The notes: a model not told the origin generated them from the letters alone. 61,368 nucleotides of DNA, filler included, from 6 parts of 6 records of this genome joined end to end with filler, not necessarily neighbours in it, one strand, 5' to 3'; positions 22,447 through 35,300 are shown, numbered from the whole stretch's first letter. Translations and numbers: made by a program.

Positions 22447-23634
22447 ATGGCTACGTCTCGCCCCATTATGATGCCACTGTTAGCCGCCACGCTGGCTGCC
22501 AGTGCCGCCCTTCCCGCCGTTGCATTTGAGGACGACCGTCTGACTATCTGGATGGGTGATAATAAAGGTCAAGAAGGCATTCGCGCAGTTGCCGAGCAGT
22601 TTCTTGAAGAAACAGGCATCGAAGTTGAGGTGGTATTTCCCGACAACCTTACCGACCGCTTTCAGCAAGCGGCGGGAAGTGGCCAGGGGCCGGACATCGT
22701 CATCTGGGCTCACGACCGCATGGGCGAGTGGGCACAAAGCGGCTTATTGAAACAAGTCGCCCCAAGTGACAGCTTCCGCGAGGCGTTTTACGACTTCACC
22801 TGGGAAGCTGCGCTGTGGAATGGTGAAACCTACGGCTACCCGATATCGGTAGAGTCACTGGGCCTCATTTACAACAAAGCCTTGGTAGAAACACCGCCAG
22901 AAAGCTTTGCCGAACTGATGGAGCTTGACGAAACGCTCTCTCAAGACGGCAAAAAGGCCATCCTATTTGATTACAGTGAGCCGTATTACGGATGGACCTT
23001 GCTAGCGGCCAACGGCGGCTACCCTTTCAAGCAGACCGACAGCGGCTATGACGTCAACGATATAGGCGTTAACAACGAAGGTGCCTTACAAGGGGCAGAA
23101 CTGTTGGTTGAGTTGATCGAAAGCGATGTATTACCCCGCGGCACTGATTACAACTTGATGGACACCCGCTTTAACCAGGGCGAAGTGGCTACCATGATTA
23201 GCGGCCCATGGGCTTGGCCGAACCTGGAGCGTAGCGGAATTGACTACGGCGTCGCGTTACTGCCAAAAGTTGGGGATGAACGTGCTAAACCCATGTTTGG
23301 CGTGATGACGGCAATGATTAACTCCGCCACACCCAATGATTTTCTCGCCGTGGAGTTTTTAGAAAACTACCTGCTTAGCGAAGAGGGCATGCACACATTC
23401 AACAGCGACGGCTCACTGGGAGCGGTCGCCCATATCGATTATCAGGCTGAGCTTGCTGATAACCCTAACATTGCCGCGACGCTTGAAAATGCCGAAGTCG
23501 GTATGCCCATGCCAAATATTCCTGAAATGGGTGCTTTCTGGGCAGCCATGGAGCCCGCTCTGCAAAACATCGGCAGTGGACGCCAATCGCCCCAAGAAGC
23601 GCTGGATGCCGCTGCGCGGCGTATGCGCCAGTAA
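22447..23634 (+). CDS. malE: Maltose/maltodextrin ABC transporter substrate-binding protein
   Basis: Signal peptide; GPDIVIWAHDR, GPWAW, MPNIPEMGAFW. Confidence 0.93.
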   Translation: MATSRPIMMPLLAATLAASAALPAVAFEDDRLTIWMGDNKGQEGIRAVAEQFLEETGIEVEVVFPDNLTDRFQQAAGSGQGPDIVIWAHDRMGEWAQSGLLKQVAPSDSFREAFYDFTWEAALWNGETYGYPISVESLGLIYNKALVETPPESFAELMELDETLSQDGKKAILFDYSEPYYGWTLLAANGGYPFKQTDSGYDVNDIGVNNEGALQGAELLVELIESDVLPRGTDYNLMDTRFNQGEVATMISGPWAWPNLERSGIDYGVALLPKVGDERAKPMFGVMTAMINSATPNDFLAVEFLENYLLSEEGMHTFNSDGSLGAVAHIDYQAELADNPNIAATLENAEVGMPMPNIPEMGAFWAAMEPALQNIGSGRQSPQEALDAAARRMRQ

Positions 23635-23649
23635 GCTTTTTCTGCCCTT

Positions 23650-23677
23650 CTGCCCGGTAGCCAATGCCACCGGGCAG
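23650..23677 (+). other. Intercistronic malE-malF hairpin
   Basis: CTGCCCGGT...ACCGGGCAG stem just after the malE stop. Confidence 0.6.
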
Positions 23678-23693
23678 CTTTCAGGATGTCACT

Positions 23694-25262
23694 ATGTATA
23701 CCACTAACGCCTCTCGTGGCCTTCCCCGCCACCGCTCTCGCCATCTCACCGAACGTTACACCCGCTGGACACTTCGCTGCGTCATTGCCACTTTGGTAAT
23801 CGCGCTGTTATGGCTGGTAGTCGCCTTTCACCTTAATGGCCAGTGGATGTTCGCGCTGCTCTTTCTAGTGCTGGGCGCCTCGCTAGGCGTGGTGTTTACC
23901 AAACGCACGTTAATGAGCCACCGGTATATTTTTCCTGCCGTGGCGGGGCTGGGCGTATTTGTTATTTTCCCGCTGCTTTACACCATCGGCATTAGCTTTA
24001 GTAATTACAGCTCAAGCAACTTGTTATCGGAAGAGCGCGTGCGCGGCCAACTAATGAGCCAAACCTATCAACAGGAAGGTAACGCGTTTGAGCTAACGCT
24101 TTACCAAGCAGGTGAGCTTGTCCGCTTATACCTGGAAAACAGTGAGGCAGACACGACCCAGCGTTTCGTTTCTTCACCGCTCGACTTCGCCAACCATGAA
24201 ACCCGCCAAATAGGCATTCAGGCAGTAGACGCTTCGCCTGCCCAAGAGCCACTGGGAATGCGCGCTATTATCCAGGCACGTGATTCTCTGCAAGGGCTTA
24301 GGCTGCTGACACCGGATGGCGCGGAGCTGCGTATGGCAGGGTTACGCCAGTTTGCTCCTATGGTAGATCGCTATGAAGCACGTGGAGACGGCGCGCTTTA
24401 TGATCGCCGCGATGACCGCGTTCTTACCCCCGACCCCGCTAGTGGATTTTTTGTCGCTGATAACGGCGAAAGAATCACGCCGGGATGGCCAGTCAATGTA
24501 GGGTTTACCAACTATACGAAGATATTCACCGATCCCGACATTCGCGGTCCCTTCATGCAGATCTTTGTGTGGACCTTTGTGTTTGCCGCACTGACGGTGG
24601 TCTTCACCCTGGCCGTTGGCTTTGTGCTGGCGTCACTGTTGCAGTGGGACCAACTCAAGGGCAAAGCCGTTTATCGCACGCTGTTAATTCTGCCTTACGC
24701 TGTGCCCGCCTTTATCTCCATCCTGATTTTTAAAGGCATGTTTAATCAGCACTTCGGTGAAGTGAACATGATTCTGGACGCGCTGTTTGGTGTTCGTCCA
24801 GAGTGGTTTACCGACCCATGGCTGGCGCGCTCCATGCTGTTGATTGTTAATACGTGGTTGGGCTACCCCTATATGTTGCTACTGTGCATGGGGCTAATTC
24901 AAGCCATCCCCCAAGATCTCTACGAAGCCTCGGCAGTCGATGGCGGCGGCCCCATTACCAACTTGTTCAAGATTACCCTGCCACTGATTATTAAACCGCT
25001 AACACCGCTGTTAATTGCTGCCTTTGCATTTAACTTCAATAACTTTGTGCTAATTGCACTATTGACCGGCGGCAACCCTGACATTTTGGGCGCCAGCACA
25101 CCAGCAGGCACTACCGATCTCTTGGTCAGCTACACCTACCGTATTGCCTTCCAGGATGCCGGACAGAACTTTGGGCTGGCAGCCGCCATCGCAACGCTCA
25201 TTTTCCTCTTGGTTGCGGGTATGTCGTTGCTTAATTTGCGCCTTTCCAAGGTTAAGGTTTAG
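23694..25262 (+). CDS. malF: Maltose ABC transporter permease MalF
   Basis: Large periplasmic loop, [19 protein letters not shown] (EAA loop), FAFNFNNF. Confidence 0.95.
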   Translation: MYTTNASRGLPRHRSRHLTERYTRWTLRCVIATLVIALLWLVVAFHLNGQWMFALLFLVLGASLGVVFTKRTLMSHRYIFPAVAGLGVFVIFPLLYTIGISFSNYSSSNLLSEERVRGQLMSQTYQQEGNAFELTLYQAGELVRLYLENSEADTTQRFVSSPLDFANHETRQIGIQAVDASPAQEPLGMRAIIQARDSLQGLRLLTPDGAELRMAGLRQFAPMVDRYEARGDGALYDRRDDRVLTPDPASGFFVADNGERITPGWPVNVGFTNYTKIFTDPDIRGPFMQIFVWTFVFAALTVVFTLAVGFVLASLLQWDQLKGKAVYRTLLILPYAVPAFISILIFKGMFNQHFGEVNMILDALFGVRPEWFTDPWLARSMLLIVNTWLGYPYMLLLCMGLIQAIPQDLYEASAVDGGGPITNLFKITLPLIIKPLTPLLIAAFAFNFNNFVLIALLTGGNPDILGASTPAGTTDLLVSYTYRIAFQDAGQNFGLAAAIATLIFLLVAGMSLLNLRLSKVKV

Positions 25263-25272
25263 GAGGTTACTC

Positions 25273-26163
25273 ATGGCCATGGTTCAACCGCGTTCTGTGG
25301 GTGCGCGCCGCTTGGGCGCACACCTTGCACTGATCTGCTTTGTTTCGCTGATTGTCCTCCCGCTGTTGTTGGTGATTTCAATCTCATTTCGTGAGGGTAA
25401 CTTTGCCTCTGGCAGCTTGATTCCCGAGAATTTCTCGTTGGAACACTGGTCGCTAGCACTGGGAATTCCCTGGGAACGCCCGGATGGCAGTATTGTTCAA
25501 CCGCCCTTTCCCGTGCTGTTGTGGCTTTGGAACTCGATAAAAGTGGCGGTAGTTTCTTCGGTGTTAATTCTAATGTTAGCGACGACGAGCGCTTACGCCT
25601 TCGCACGCATGCGCTTTAAAGGCAAAGAACCGCTTTTGAAAGGCATGCTGATTTTCCAGATGTTCCCAGCCGTACTGTCGCTTGTGGCGCTCTACGCCCT
25701 GTTTGATCGACTGGGACAGTTTGTTGGCTGGTTAGGCATCAACACCCACGGCGCGCTGATAGTGGCATCACTGGGCGCGGTCGCGCTGCATATCTGGACC
25801 ATTAAAGGCTACTTTGAGTCGATTGATGGCTCGCTGGAAGAAGCGGCTATGGTTGATGGCGCCAGCACCTGGCAAGCGTTCCGCTACATTCTGCTGCCGC
25901 TGTCGATTCCCATTTTGATGGTGGTTTTCATTCTGGCTTTTGTGATGAGCATCATGGAATACCCCATGGCCTCAGTACTGCTGGTGGATGAACACAAACT
26001 CACCCTGGCGGTAGGTGCCCAACAATACCTTGCCGACCACAACCAGCGCTGGGGCAACTTTGCCGCTGCTGCAGTGCTTTCCGGCCTGCCCATTACCGTT
26101 GCGTTCTTGATCTGCCAGCGCTGGATTATTGGCGGATTAACCGCTGGGGGCGTCAAAGGCTAA
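25273..26163 (+). CDS. malG: Maltose ABC transporter permease MalG
   Basis: [47 protein letters not shown]. Confidence 0.95.
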   Translation: MAMVQPRSVGARRLGAHLALICFVSLIVLPLLLVISISFREGNFASGSLIPENFSLEHWSLALGIPWERPDGSIVQPPFPVLLWLWNSIKVAVVSSVLILMLATTSAYAFARMRFKGKEPLLKGMLIFQMFPAVLSLVALYALFDRLGQFVGWLGINTHGALIVASLGAVALHIWTIKGYFESIDGSLEEAAMVDGASTWQAFRYILLPLSIPILMVVFILAFVMSIMEYPMASVLLVDEHKLTLAVGAQQYLADHNQRWGNFAAAAVLSGLPITVAFLICQRWIIGGLTAGGVKG

Positions 26164-26221
26164 ATTCCTGGATTTAACTAGTGCAGTACTCCCGCTTCCT
26201 CGCTTGAGCACCTTGCTCGTT

Positions 26222-26250
26222 ACCGACCCTATTGATGGGGTCGGTTTTTT
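26222..26250 (+). terminator. Intrinsic terminator after malG
   Basis: ACCGACCC/GGGTCGGT stem followed by a T-run. Confidence 0.85.
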
Positions 26251-26278
26251 CATCACTGTGTTTATTACTTGAGTATTT

Positions 26279-26306
26279 TTTAGAGAAATTTTACGGACTT
26301 TTTGTG
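26279..26306 (+). promoter_or_regulatory. Possible KdpE/OmpR-type direct-repeat site upstream of trkH
   Basis: TTTAGA-N5-TTTACG-N5-TTTGTG with 11-bp period. Confidence 0.35.
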
Positions 26307-26359
26307 GTTGTCATGGTGTTATATCGCGATAAACATTAGGGCAATTTAAGAGCGGATCT

Positions 26360-27847
26360 ATGACCACCTTTCCCAGCGGAATTTACTATCGAGACGCTTA
26401 CCGCAATTGGGCACAAATATTTAAAATCATGGCAGTGTTATGGTTAGTGCTTGCCATGTTTATGGCACTGCCTTGGATTGTTCTCATTATTGAAAAAGAT
26501 CCTGACGCTCCCGCGTTCGGGATGTCGCTTCTCATTATTCTGAGCGCCACGCTGATCACTTGGTTGCTAACCCGCCGAGTATCGCTGGAGCTGAAGCCTT
26601 GGCAAATGTTTATATTGACGGCGGGCAGTTGGACCAGCATTAGCTGTTTTGCCAGCCTCCCGCTTATCTTAGGTGCGCCCCAACTTAGCGTTACGAATGC
26701 CGTCTTTGAGTCGGTCTCCGCGATTACCACTACCGGTTCCACCATTTTAACGGGGATCGAAGAGTTATCCGACGGATTAAAGCTGTGGCGAGGCTTAATG
26801 CAGTGGATGGGTGGTATCGGCATTATCGTCATGGGCATCGCTATTTTGCCATTTCTTAAAGTAGGCGGCATGCGGCTATTTCACACTGAATCTTCGGATT
26901 GGTCCGATAAAGTAATGCCTCGTACGGGAGGTATTGCAAAAGCAACGCTAACTATCTACGTGGCGCTGACACTACTGGCCATGTTGAGCTATTGGGTCGG
27001 TGGAATGCTGCCACTAGATGCCGTGGTTCACGGGATGACATCACTGGCGACCGGTGGCTTTGCCAACTCTGACGCCTCGTTTGGTGCCTACGCTGAGCAA
27101 CCGTGGTTGGTATGGATGGGTAGCCTTTTTATGCTGAGTGGTGCGCTACCCTTTGTCTTATATATTCGCTTTATTCGCACCTCCCGCAGCGCCCTGTGGA
27201 AAGACCAACAGGTGCGTGGTTTGTTAAAACTCCTGCTAGCGGCAATTTTAGTTCTTAGCACATGGCGCGTTTTACAAGGCGATGATTGGTTTGTCTCGCT
27301 CACCCACGTCACGTTTAACGTCATTTCAGTTGTAACCACCACTGGCTATGCATCCGACGACTATACGCTGTGGGGTTCATTACCCATCGCGGCGTTCTTC
27401 TATCTTACGTTTATAGGTGGCTGTAGCGGCTCTACCAGCGGTGGTATGAAAGTTTTCCGGTTCCAAATCGCTATGCTGATGCTGCGTAATCAGTTGCGCT
27501 ATCTGATTCACGCTAATGGTGTTTTCACAACGCGCTATAATCAGCAGCCGGTGACCAACGATATTTCCCGTAGCGTAGTTGCCTTCTCTTTCTTCTTTTT
27601 TATCACGATTGCAGTGCTTGCCTTGAGCCTTTCAGCATTGGGACTGGACTTAGTCACTGCCCTTTCCGGTGCGGCCACTGCGGTGGCAAATGTAGGCCCG
27701 GGCCTCGGTGACACCATTGGCCCGGCAGGTAACTTTGCAACACTACCCGATGCCGCTAAATGGCTACTGTGCATCGGCATGTTAATGGGCCGCCTGGAAA
27801 TTTTAACGGTCGTGGTGCTGCTCACACCGATGTTCTGGCGACGCTAA
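26360..27847 (+). CDS. trkH: TrkH/TrkI-family K+ uptake permease
   Basis: FESVSAITTTG, ATGGF, TTTGY, GGCSGSTSGGMK, ANVGPG, LMGRLE. Confidence 0.95.
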   Translation: MTTFPSGIYYRDAYRNWAQIFKIMAVLWLVLAMFMALPWIVLIIEKDPDAPAFGMSLLIILSATLITWLLTRRVSLELKPWQMFILTAGSWTSISCFASLPLILGAPQLSVTNAVFESVSAITTTGSTILTGIEELSDGLKLWRGLMQWMGGIGIIVMGIAILPFLKVGGMRLFHTESSDWSDKVMPRTGGIAKATLTIYVALTLLAMLSYWVGGMLPLDAVVHGMTSLATGGFANSDASFGAYAEQPWLVWMGSLFMLSGALPFVLYIRFIRTSRSALWKDQQVRGLLKLLLAAILVLSTWRVLQGDDWFVSLTHVTFNVISVVTTTGYASDDYTLWGSLPIAAFFYLTFIGGCSGSTSGGMKVFRFQIAMLMLRNQLRYLIHANGVFTTRYNQQPVTNDISRSVVAFSFFFFITIAVLALSLSALGLDLVTALSGAATAVANVGPGLGDTIGPAGNFATLPDAAKWLLCIGMLMGRLEILTVVVLLTPMFWRR

Positions 27848-27863
27848 CCTTGTTAGAACCGTG

Positions 27864-28586
27864 CTACGTTTCAGGGCGTAGCGCGGCTTCTACCAGCAAT
27901 CGATATCCGACGCCTGCTTCTGTTTGAAGCAAGGTGGGTGTTTGTGGGTCATCCCCCAGTTTCTGCCTTAGTCGGCTGATCACGATGCGCAAATAGTGCG
28001 TATCATCAACATGCGTTGGCCCCCATATCTCTTTTAACAGCTGGGTCTGGGTAACGACCCGCCCGGCGTAGCGGCACAGGCGCGCTAGCACAGCAAACTC
28101 TTTGCGCGTTAAATGTACATCGTCTTGCTGTAGTGTGACCCGCCTTAGCTCCAGATCAATCGCTAACCCCTGACTGACATAGTAACTTGATGTTTGCTCT
28201 CCCCGAGCTTTCTGGGCCAAGCGCAATACCGCTCTTATACGCGCTAGTAACTCTTGAATGCCAAAGGGCTTAGTAACGTAATCGTTGGCACCGTTATCCA
28301 ACGAAAAGACTTTCTCTTCTTCCCGATCACGCACAGATACCACAATGACCGGTACGGTACTGTGCTCACGTATACCCTGCAGTACTTCGTGGCCGTCCAT
28401 ATCAGGCAAGCCTAAATCGAGCAGCACGACGTCAGGGGCTTGGGTATACACCATGGCTAACGCTTGCTCGCCATTCTCTGCTTCCAATACTGCGTAGCCC
28501 TGAGAGGCTAAACTGATACGCAGAAATCGCCGAATCTGCTGCTCATCATCAACAATTAGAATGCGACCGCTGCCTTCACTCTTCAT
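27864..28586 (-). CDS. kdpE: KdpE-type response regulator
   Basis: ILIVDDEQQIRRFL, LDLGLPDMDG, winged helix with YLRIVISRLRQKL; overlaps the kdpD end. Confidence 0.92.
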   Translation of the reverse strand: MKSEGSGRILIVDDEQQIRRFLRISLASQGYAVLEAENGEQALAMVYTQAPDVVLLDLGLPDMDGHEVLQGIREHSTVPVIVVSVRDREEEKVFSLDNGANDYVTKPFGIQELLARIRAVLRLAQKARGEQTSSYYVSQGLAIDLELRRVTLQQDDVHLTRKEFAVLARLCRYAGRVVTQTQLLKEIWGPTHVDDTHYLRIVISRLRQKLGDDPQTPTLLQTEAGVGYRLLVEAALRPET

Positions 28587-31201
28587 CACCCCTCCTAATA
28601 TCTGCACCTAACAGTGGCAGCGTTATAATAATCGCGGTGCCTCGCCCACTTTCGCCCGTACCGGCCATAATAGTGCCGCCATGGGCACCAATCATGCCAC
28701 GACATATGGCTAAACCAAGGCCGCTGCCGTGGGCACTTCTATCGCCGTCGCCACCGCTGTAAAACATATCGAATACCTGCTCGCGCAGCTCGGGGGAAAT
28801 GCCTGGGCCTTGATCTTCAACAGTAATCACCAACGTTGCGGGGTCACCTTCAGTGAAGTGCGCCTTTATGCTCAATTCACCCCCAGGTGGTGAAAAACGT
28901 TGAGCGTTATCCAAGACATTGACCAGCGCTTGTTCTACCAGCGCAGGGTGGACATAAAGTAGCGGTAACGAAGGAGGCCAGGACTTGCGGACAACGACAT
29001 GCTTAAGCGACTGACCCAAGCGCTTGAGCGCTGAGTTAATAACGTCGTCAAACGCTACCCAGTCTCGCTCAATTTTTAACGTGCCGTGACCTAGTCGGGT
29101 CATATCCAACAAGTTTTGTATGTATCGATTGAGGCGCTCACTTTCGGACAAAATGCCATCAAGCAGCTCACGCTGGTCGCTATCGCTTAGCTGCGGTTTG
29201 AGTTCAATCAACGAACTGGCTGAGCCAATAATAGAAGAGAGTGGTGTACGTAGGTCATGAGACACCGATGAGAGTAACGCAGAGCGCAGGCGTTCGTTCT
29301 CTTCGGAGACACGGGTTGTATTCAACTCTGCCACTAGCCGGGTACGCTCTAGCGCCATACTAAGCTGACGCACCAGCGTATCCATTAACGACTCACGCTC
29401 GTAGGTGAGCGCTTTTAGGCTTTCCGACAGTTTAAGCGCCAACATCCCTACTTTTTCTCCCTGCACTGTCAGGGGTATCAAGCGCCAAGCCTGTTGACTC
29501 AGGGTGTCTGTGCCCTGGCCACTGGGCTTTTGATGCTGCCAACTCCACACCGCCGCTTGCTTAGCGGTCATGTCCAAACGCACCGAATCCGGCAGCGCAT
29601 GCACAACTCGAACTTCATTCGCGCTTTCGGCGCTTTCAATAAATACCGTGGGCACCGCAAAGCACTGCACCAATGTATCAACGCCAATTTTTGCTGCACT
29701 GGCGCTGTCTGTCGCGGTTGATAGCTGTTCGGCATAACGCAACAAAAGCTGGGTCTGATCGCGGCTAGCACGCAGTGCAATTAAACGCCGCCGCCCCCTA
29801 CCCGCAAGCTGCCCAACCACCACGGCTACGAGCAAGAAGAACACTGCGGTCAGCAGTTGCCCACGCTCCACCATGGCAAAGGTTAGACGTGGCTCGGTAA
29901 AGAAGAAGTTAAATACTAAAAAGCTCGCGATGGCACCAAACATCGCCATGGCGGTACCCGCCCATACCGCACTAAACAGTACGGCCACTAAAAACACTAG
30001 TGATAAGTTGGCCAGCTCAAGCCAGGGCTCTAGCATGACAGCCACCCCTAAAGATGCCGTCACCGCCAAGCTAGTGGCCAGTAATTGGGGAGGACGCAGT
30101 TTCCAGCCATGCCGCCATCTATTGGCGCGTTGTTTCACAGCCCCTTTAGCCACTACAACAATATCGAACGCTTCGGCATGCGCCATCAAGCGTTGGGCCA
30201 GTGGCCGTGACCATTTCCACCAGCAACGCTTCGCTTCGCGGCCGACCACAATGGTGGTCGCGTTAATTGAACGTGCATAGTTGAGAACTTCGCTTAGCTG
30301 ACTATGCCCTTGTAAACGTATTGAATCGCCACCCAGCCGAGTAACCAGGCTGAAAACTTGTTCAATGGCCAGTTGCTGCTCTGGGGAGGCAATTCCTTTA
30401 TCAACATAGACCGCTCGCCATACCGCCAAACGCCGCTCTGCCATCCGATGAGCCGCGCGAACCAGCGATACGTCGTCTTCACTGCCATTAATCACCACCA
30501 GCAGGTGCGGTCTTACCGGCCAGGGGCCTGCCCTACCACCCGCATCCATTGCCACTTTAACATCAGCATCCACTCGCTCGGCCATGGTTTGAATTGCCAG
30601 CTCACGCAGCGCGTTGAGATTGGATTCATTAAAGTAACCTTCCATGGCAGCACGGGCTTGTTCGGGTATATAGACTTTGCCACGCCTTAAGCGCTCAAGG
30701 AGCTCGTCAGGCGTTAAGTCAACAAGCGATACATCTCGGGCACGCTCTAACAGCGCATCGGGCACCGTTTCGCGCATGCGAATCCCAGTAATCCGCGCGA
30801 CATCATCATTCAAACTTTCGAGATGCTGGACGTTAACGGTTGTCCACACGTCAATACCTGCATCCAACAGCTCTTCAATATCCTGGTAACGACGCGGGTG
30901 CCGACTGCCGGGGATATTACGGTGGGCAAGTTCGTCCACCAGCAAAATAGTGGGACGCCGCGCCAGGGCGGCATCAATATCAAATTCATAGAAGGTTCGG
31001 CCATGGTGCTTTAAAGGCGCTAACGGAAGCCGTGCCACCCCATCACACAAGGCTTCGGTATCAGCGCGTCCGTGTGACTCCACCACGCCAATGACAATAT
31101 CTTCACCTTCCTCTGCCCGTTCACGGGCGGTGCGAAGCATGGTGTATGTTTTACCAACACCGGGTGCGGCTCCCAGAAATACACGCAAACAGCCGCGCGC
31201 C
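28576..31201 (-). CDS. kdpD: Sensor histidine kinase KdpD (5' truncated)
   Basis: FLGAAPGVGKT, DELAH, NVQHLESLND, Usp-like region, four TM segments, SVSHDLRTPL H-box, HATPase. Confidence 0.96.
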
Positions 31202-31301
31202 NNNNNNNNNNNNNNNNNNNNNNNNNNNNNNNNNNNNNNNNNNNNTTAATTAATTAANNNNNNNNNNNNNNNNNNNNNNNNNNNNNNNNNNNNNNNNNNN
31301 N
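31202..31301. other. Artificial contig linker
   Basis: N44-TTAATTAATTAA-N44. Confidence 0.99.
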
Positions 31302-32385
31302 GCGTCACAGGGATCGCGCAGCAAAGCACAGCCCGAGCGGTTCGTGGGGCGGCACGGGGAGCTTCCGATCACGTGGAACGGTGGCGGCGCGCGCGGAGAA
31401 ATCTCGTACCGTTTCCTGGGAGGCAGTCTGCAGGCAAGGCATTTTTTGACAAGAAAGAAAACGACCGTCGTGACTATGTTAGCGCGCCGTGTTATGTCGG
31501 AGAGAGAACAATGGCATCTGCGCTCGCGTGGCGAGCATGGGCTGTTGCAAAGCGCGCTGCGAAGGACGAGGCAGAAAGCGGAGACGAAGTGCAGCAGAAC
31601 AACCTGTCGAATCCACAGCTCGCTGCTGCGGGCTCACATGCAACGAGACGGGCGCGAAGACCACAGTCCGGAGAACTCGTGCGCGATATCGGACAAAAAG
31701 AAGTCCTACACAACACGTCGTGGGAAACGTGCATGCACATACCATTCTTGCGAGTATGGATTTAAAAGGGAAGGAAGAGAGCGGTTTCGACGACGCTACT
31801 TGAGGAGTTCCGGGCAAAGATCCTGCACGTACTACACGAATACGAGTTTGGTATGGCCTGCCGCGCGCTCGCAAGACGCTCCGTGCGACACAGTGTGCGA
31901 AGCCTCCGCGCGCCACGTGCAAGCAGCAAGTCACTGGGCTTATACAAAATAAGTACAATATGTATAATCTGATTTTGCACAGCTGTGGTAGGTCTCGGTG
32001 TTTGTTGTATGATCACTTGGAATTATGTTCGGTGGTTCATTCTTTGGTACAAACGGAGGCATTTTGACTACCATTCCTCGTATCACACCTGTGCCACCCC
32101 CGTCGTGTTTCTTTCTTCGCACGACTTCGCTGTAGGCGATGGGAGCTCAGCAGGCGCTGCTCCATGCTGATCACGACACGAGCTGCGCGTGCTCTGTCGG
32201 ACTTCCTGCGCTTCCCCGTGGCGAGAGTCCTGCGTGCTGAACCAGCGCCCATAGCTGGATGCCTTACCCGCGATACTTGCGATCTTGGAGGTGCACTCAC
32301 AGTTTCTTTGACTGTAGTAGTTTTTTGTGAGGTAACGCCCTCCTTTTTGTTCTTTGTCTCTTTTTTCTCCACTCGCTGTTGCAAT

Positions 32386-35300
32386 ATGGCGACTGTGAAT
32401 ATTGGCGGCGACGCGCACGACGCGAACTTCCGGTACAAGCGCCCAAAGTACGTGTGGATGTTGGCCCCTATGCGAAAGTGGCCGATATTTCGATCGAAAG
32501 CATTCCTTGTACCCCGCAAGGAGCATGGGCTTTACTGCTCTCTCTGAATGACAATACTCTCTGGCTGTGCGCTTATCCCGCCAATGCCGTTCGTATATTG
32601 CCGGCCTGGCGAGCTGGAGACGTGGGCGTGTCGTCGTTTTGGCCGCGCCTGCGCCTGTTGCCTTGTATAGTTCCGTGTGTGGTGGCGTGCGCGCAGCGGC
32701 AGACAGGTTTGCGCACTCGCGTGACTGCGACATTCTCCGCAAGCTCTATTAGGTTTTGTCTTTGTTCGTTTTTGTTTTATGTTTTCCGTATACTCATTTT
32801 ATATTGTAGAAATTTTTCTTTGTCACACAGTGGGCCCAGATTCTGCTTGAATGGGCGCTACTTGTTGCCAAATTGCGACCATTGTTCGTCGCGTTTATCG
32901 GAGCTGTGCAAGCAGCTAGCCGTGTGGCGCTTGTGTCGTGTCGTAGCGACGTGCACGGTGGCCTCCCGCGCCGTCTCTGCGCCGCCAGCCGTTGCATGCC
33001 GTGATTGATGTTAAGAAGCAACTTTCGGTGTCTACTCGCATTCGCGGCCCCGGGCATTTTTTCCTGCTCCTTAGCACTCGCGAACTCTGCGTGCCGCTGT
33101 GTCCTCAGCTTGCTGCCGCGCACAAAGTGCGGGGCATACCCCCCGTATTGCTGCGGCTGCAACGCTCCTTGTTCGTCTCGCGTTATCGGCCGAAATTTCA
33201 CTCCAATGCGCGCTCTGCCTCGTTCCTGTTTGGCGTATGAAGATTTACAGTAGTAGCATATTGCGTTGTGCGTTCTTGCGCGTGTGGGCGCGGCATGCGC
33301 ACGAGTTGCCACGCATTGTGTTGGACGTTCTTGTGCGCAGGGTGCGCTCGCTTGCGCCGCCTGTGCTCTGCCTTGCGCCTGCGCACTGCTCCCGCTGTCT
33401 TCGCCGCGGATGGTGCGCGAGAAGGCGATACACACTAAATTTCGCGTGGAAATGAGCCATTGTAGTGTATGGAAGGTGCATTCCACTTACTACCTATTTG
33501 CATTTTGTTAATTATGAGTCCATGGCCTGTATTCCTTCCTGGCGGCTGCCTATCCATGGTGCGAACGGTCCCTCCGGGGCGTTGTCTGACCCGTCCTGTT
33601 TCTTTCACTAAGTTCGTTATCCGCTGTACACCGCTTGCTACACTTGTCGGCAGGGTGCAAACCAAGGTCGAAGGCCGTGGCAATGGTATCAAGACCGTCA
33701 TTCCGAATATGCAAGACCTGTCGCGCGCCCTGCATCGTCCGGGATCCTACATCACGAAATTTTTTGGTGTTGAACTTGGCGCGCAGTCGCGCTACAACGA
33801 CGAGACCGGGTTTGGCGTGGTGAACGGGTGTTTCCAGACCCACGAACTCGAGACTGTGCTGGAGCTTTTCATTCGTCGTTGGGTTCTCTGCCCGAACTGC
33901 AATTTGCCCGAGACGATTATTGAGGTTGATAAGCGCAGCAACATTTCTTTTCAATGTGGTGCATGCGGCGCGGTATCGCCCGTGAACATGGGCGAGAAGC
34001 TCGTCACGTTTATCTTGAAGAATCCGCCGCAAGGCAGCAAGCTATCGAAAAAGGATAAGAAGTCGCGCAAGGACGAAAGGCGCCAAAAGAAGAAGAAGGA
34101 GCAGAAGCAGCGAGTACGTTTTGTGCCTGGCATCGATCGATTGTGAAGAGGCTCTATGCGTTCCACTAAGATTCGAAGTGCTGCAAGAATTGCCCGTGAA
34201 AGCAGCAGCATGCTGAAACCACGTTTTGGGCGACAGGTCTTTGCGCGACCCGAATCTGATCGCTGGCGTTGCGGATTCCGCGTTGCTTGTCACGGCACAG
34301 TGCCTGCTCTGCGATTGATTGCTACAAAATCTTTGGGCCGGTGTTTTGCACAGCAGCCGTTCCCCATCACTGCACTTTGCGTTCGCTGACCTGTGTGCTT
34401 TTCGTGTACTTTGTTGCCCGGCATCCTGCTAGGAAAAGGGCCGGCAGGAGGGCGAAGAGGGAGAAGAAGGCGGAAGCGGCGAGGATTCTACCCCCGCAAC
34501 CCCCACATCGCGATCCTCGAAAACGAGCAAAGACAAGTACTCGACGGGAGACTCCGAGTCGCAGGCCACCGGAACTACAAACGATCAGAATGAAGACGAT
34601 GAGTAAGTAGTGAAATCAAGGCGTTGGCGGAGTATGTATGAACGAGCGCGAGTATGTAAGCTCGTTTATGCGAAGGAGTACGCATCGGTCTGCCTGTTGA
34701 TGCTTTTGGCGTATTGGAGAATGGCAGCGGCATGCATTTGAACCTGGATCTCTGTTTCACAGTTGCCTGCTATTCGCTCTGCTGCTCTGAATTTGTCCCA
34801 CGTTTGTGCTGCAGTTGGACAGACGACTGGGATGATGCGTCTTTGTCACAGGAAGCCGTGGAAGCGCGCAAAGAGGCTCTGCGGAACGAACTCGACAGCA
34901 CGACGGCCGGCATCGCTGCGGTGAAGATTTCCACCGCCGCTATTGAAGCTGAGCTCCAAGCCTTTTGCGAGTCCGCTACCTCACTGTCCGAGGTGAAGCA
35001 GTGGTTCGAGACGAAGAAAGCCGCTGGCGTCATTCCTTCTGCCGATGGGCAGAGCCGTGCGGAATGGATTGTGCGGTCTCTATTTTCAGAGAATCTGCTC
35101 AAGGAGCTTAAGAAGCATAGCGCTCTTCTGGCTGTCGTGTTCAAGGGAAAGAAGAACCAGGTTCGTTTACGCGGGCAAGGCGTTGGTGGAATCTCCCGGG
35201 CGCTACTAGGCTATCGTGGCCCGGTGCGCATCTTGGAACTTCGCCCTCCGATGCGCAGATGTCGTTCCCGCCAATGTTTTGTGGTATGAACGGCTGGTTT

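Noticed and set aside
31302-32300. ORFs upstream of eIF5 as a separate gene or as autoregulatory uORFs
   Set aside because: No recognisable domain, and the transcript start is unknown, so uORF status cannot be supported.
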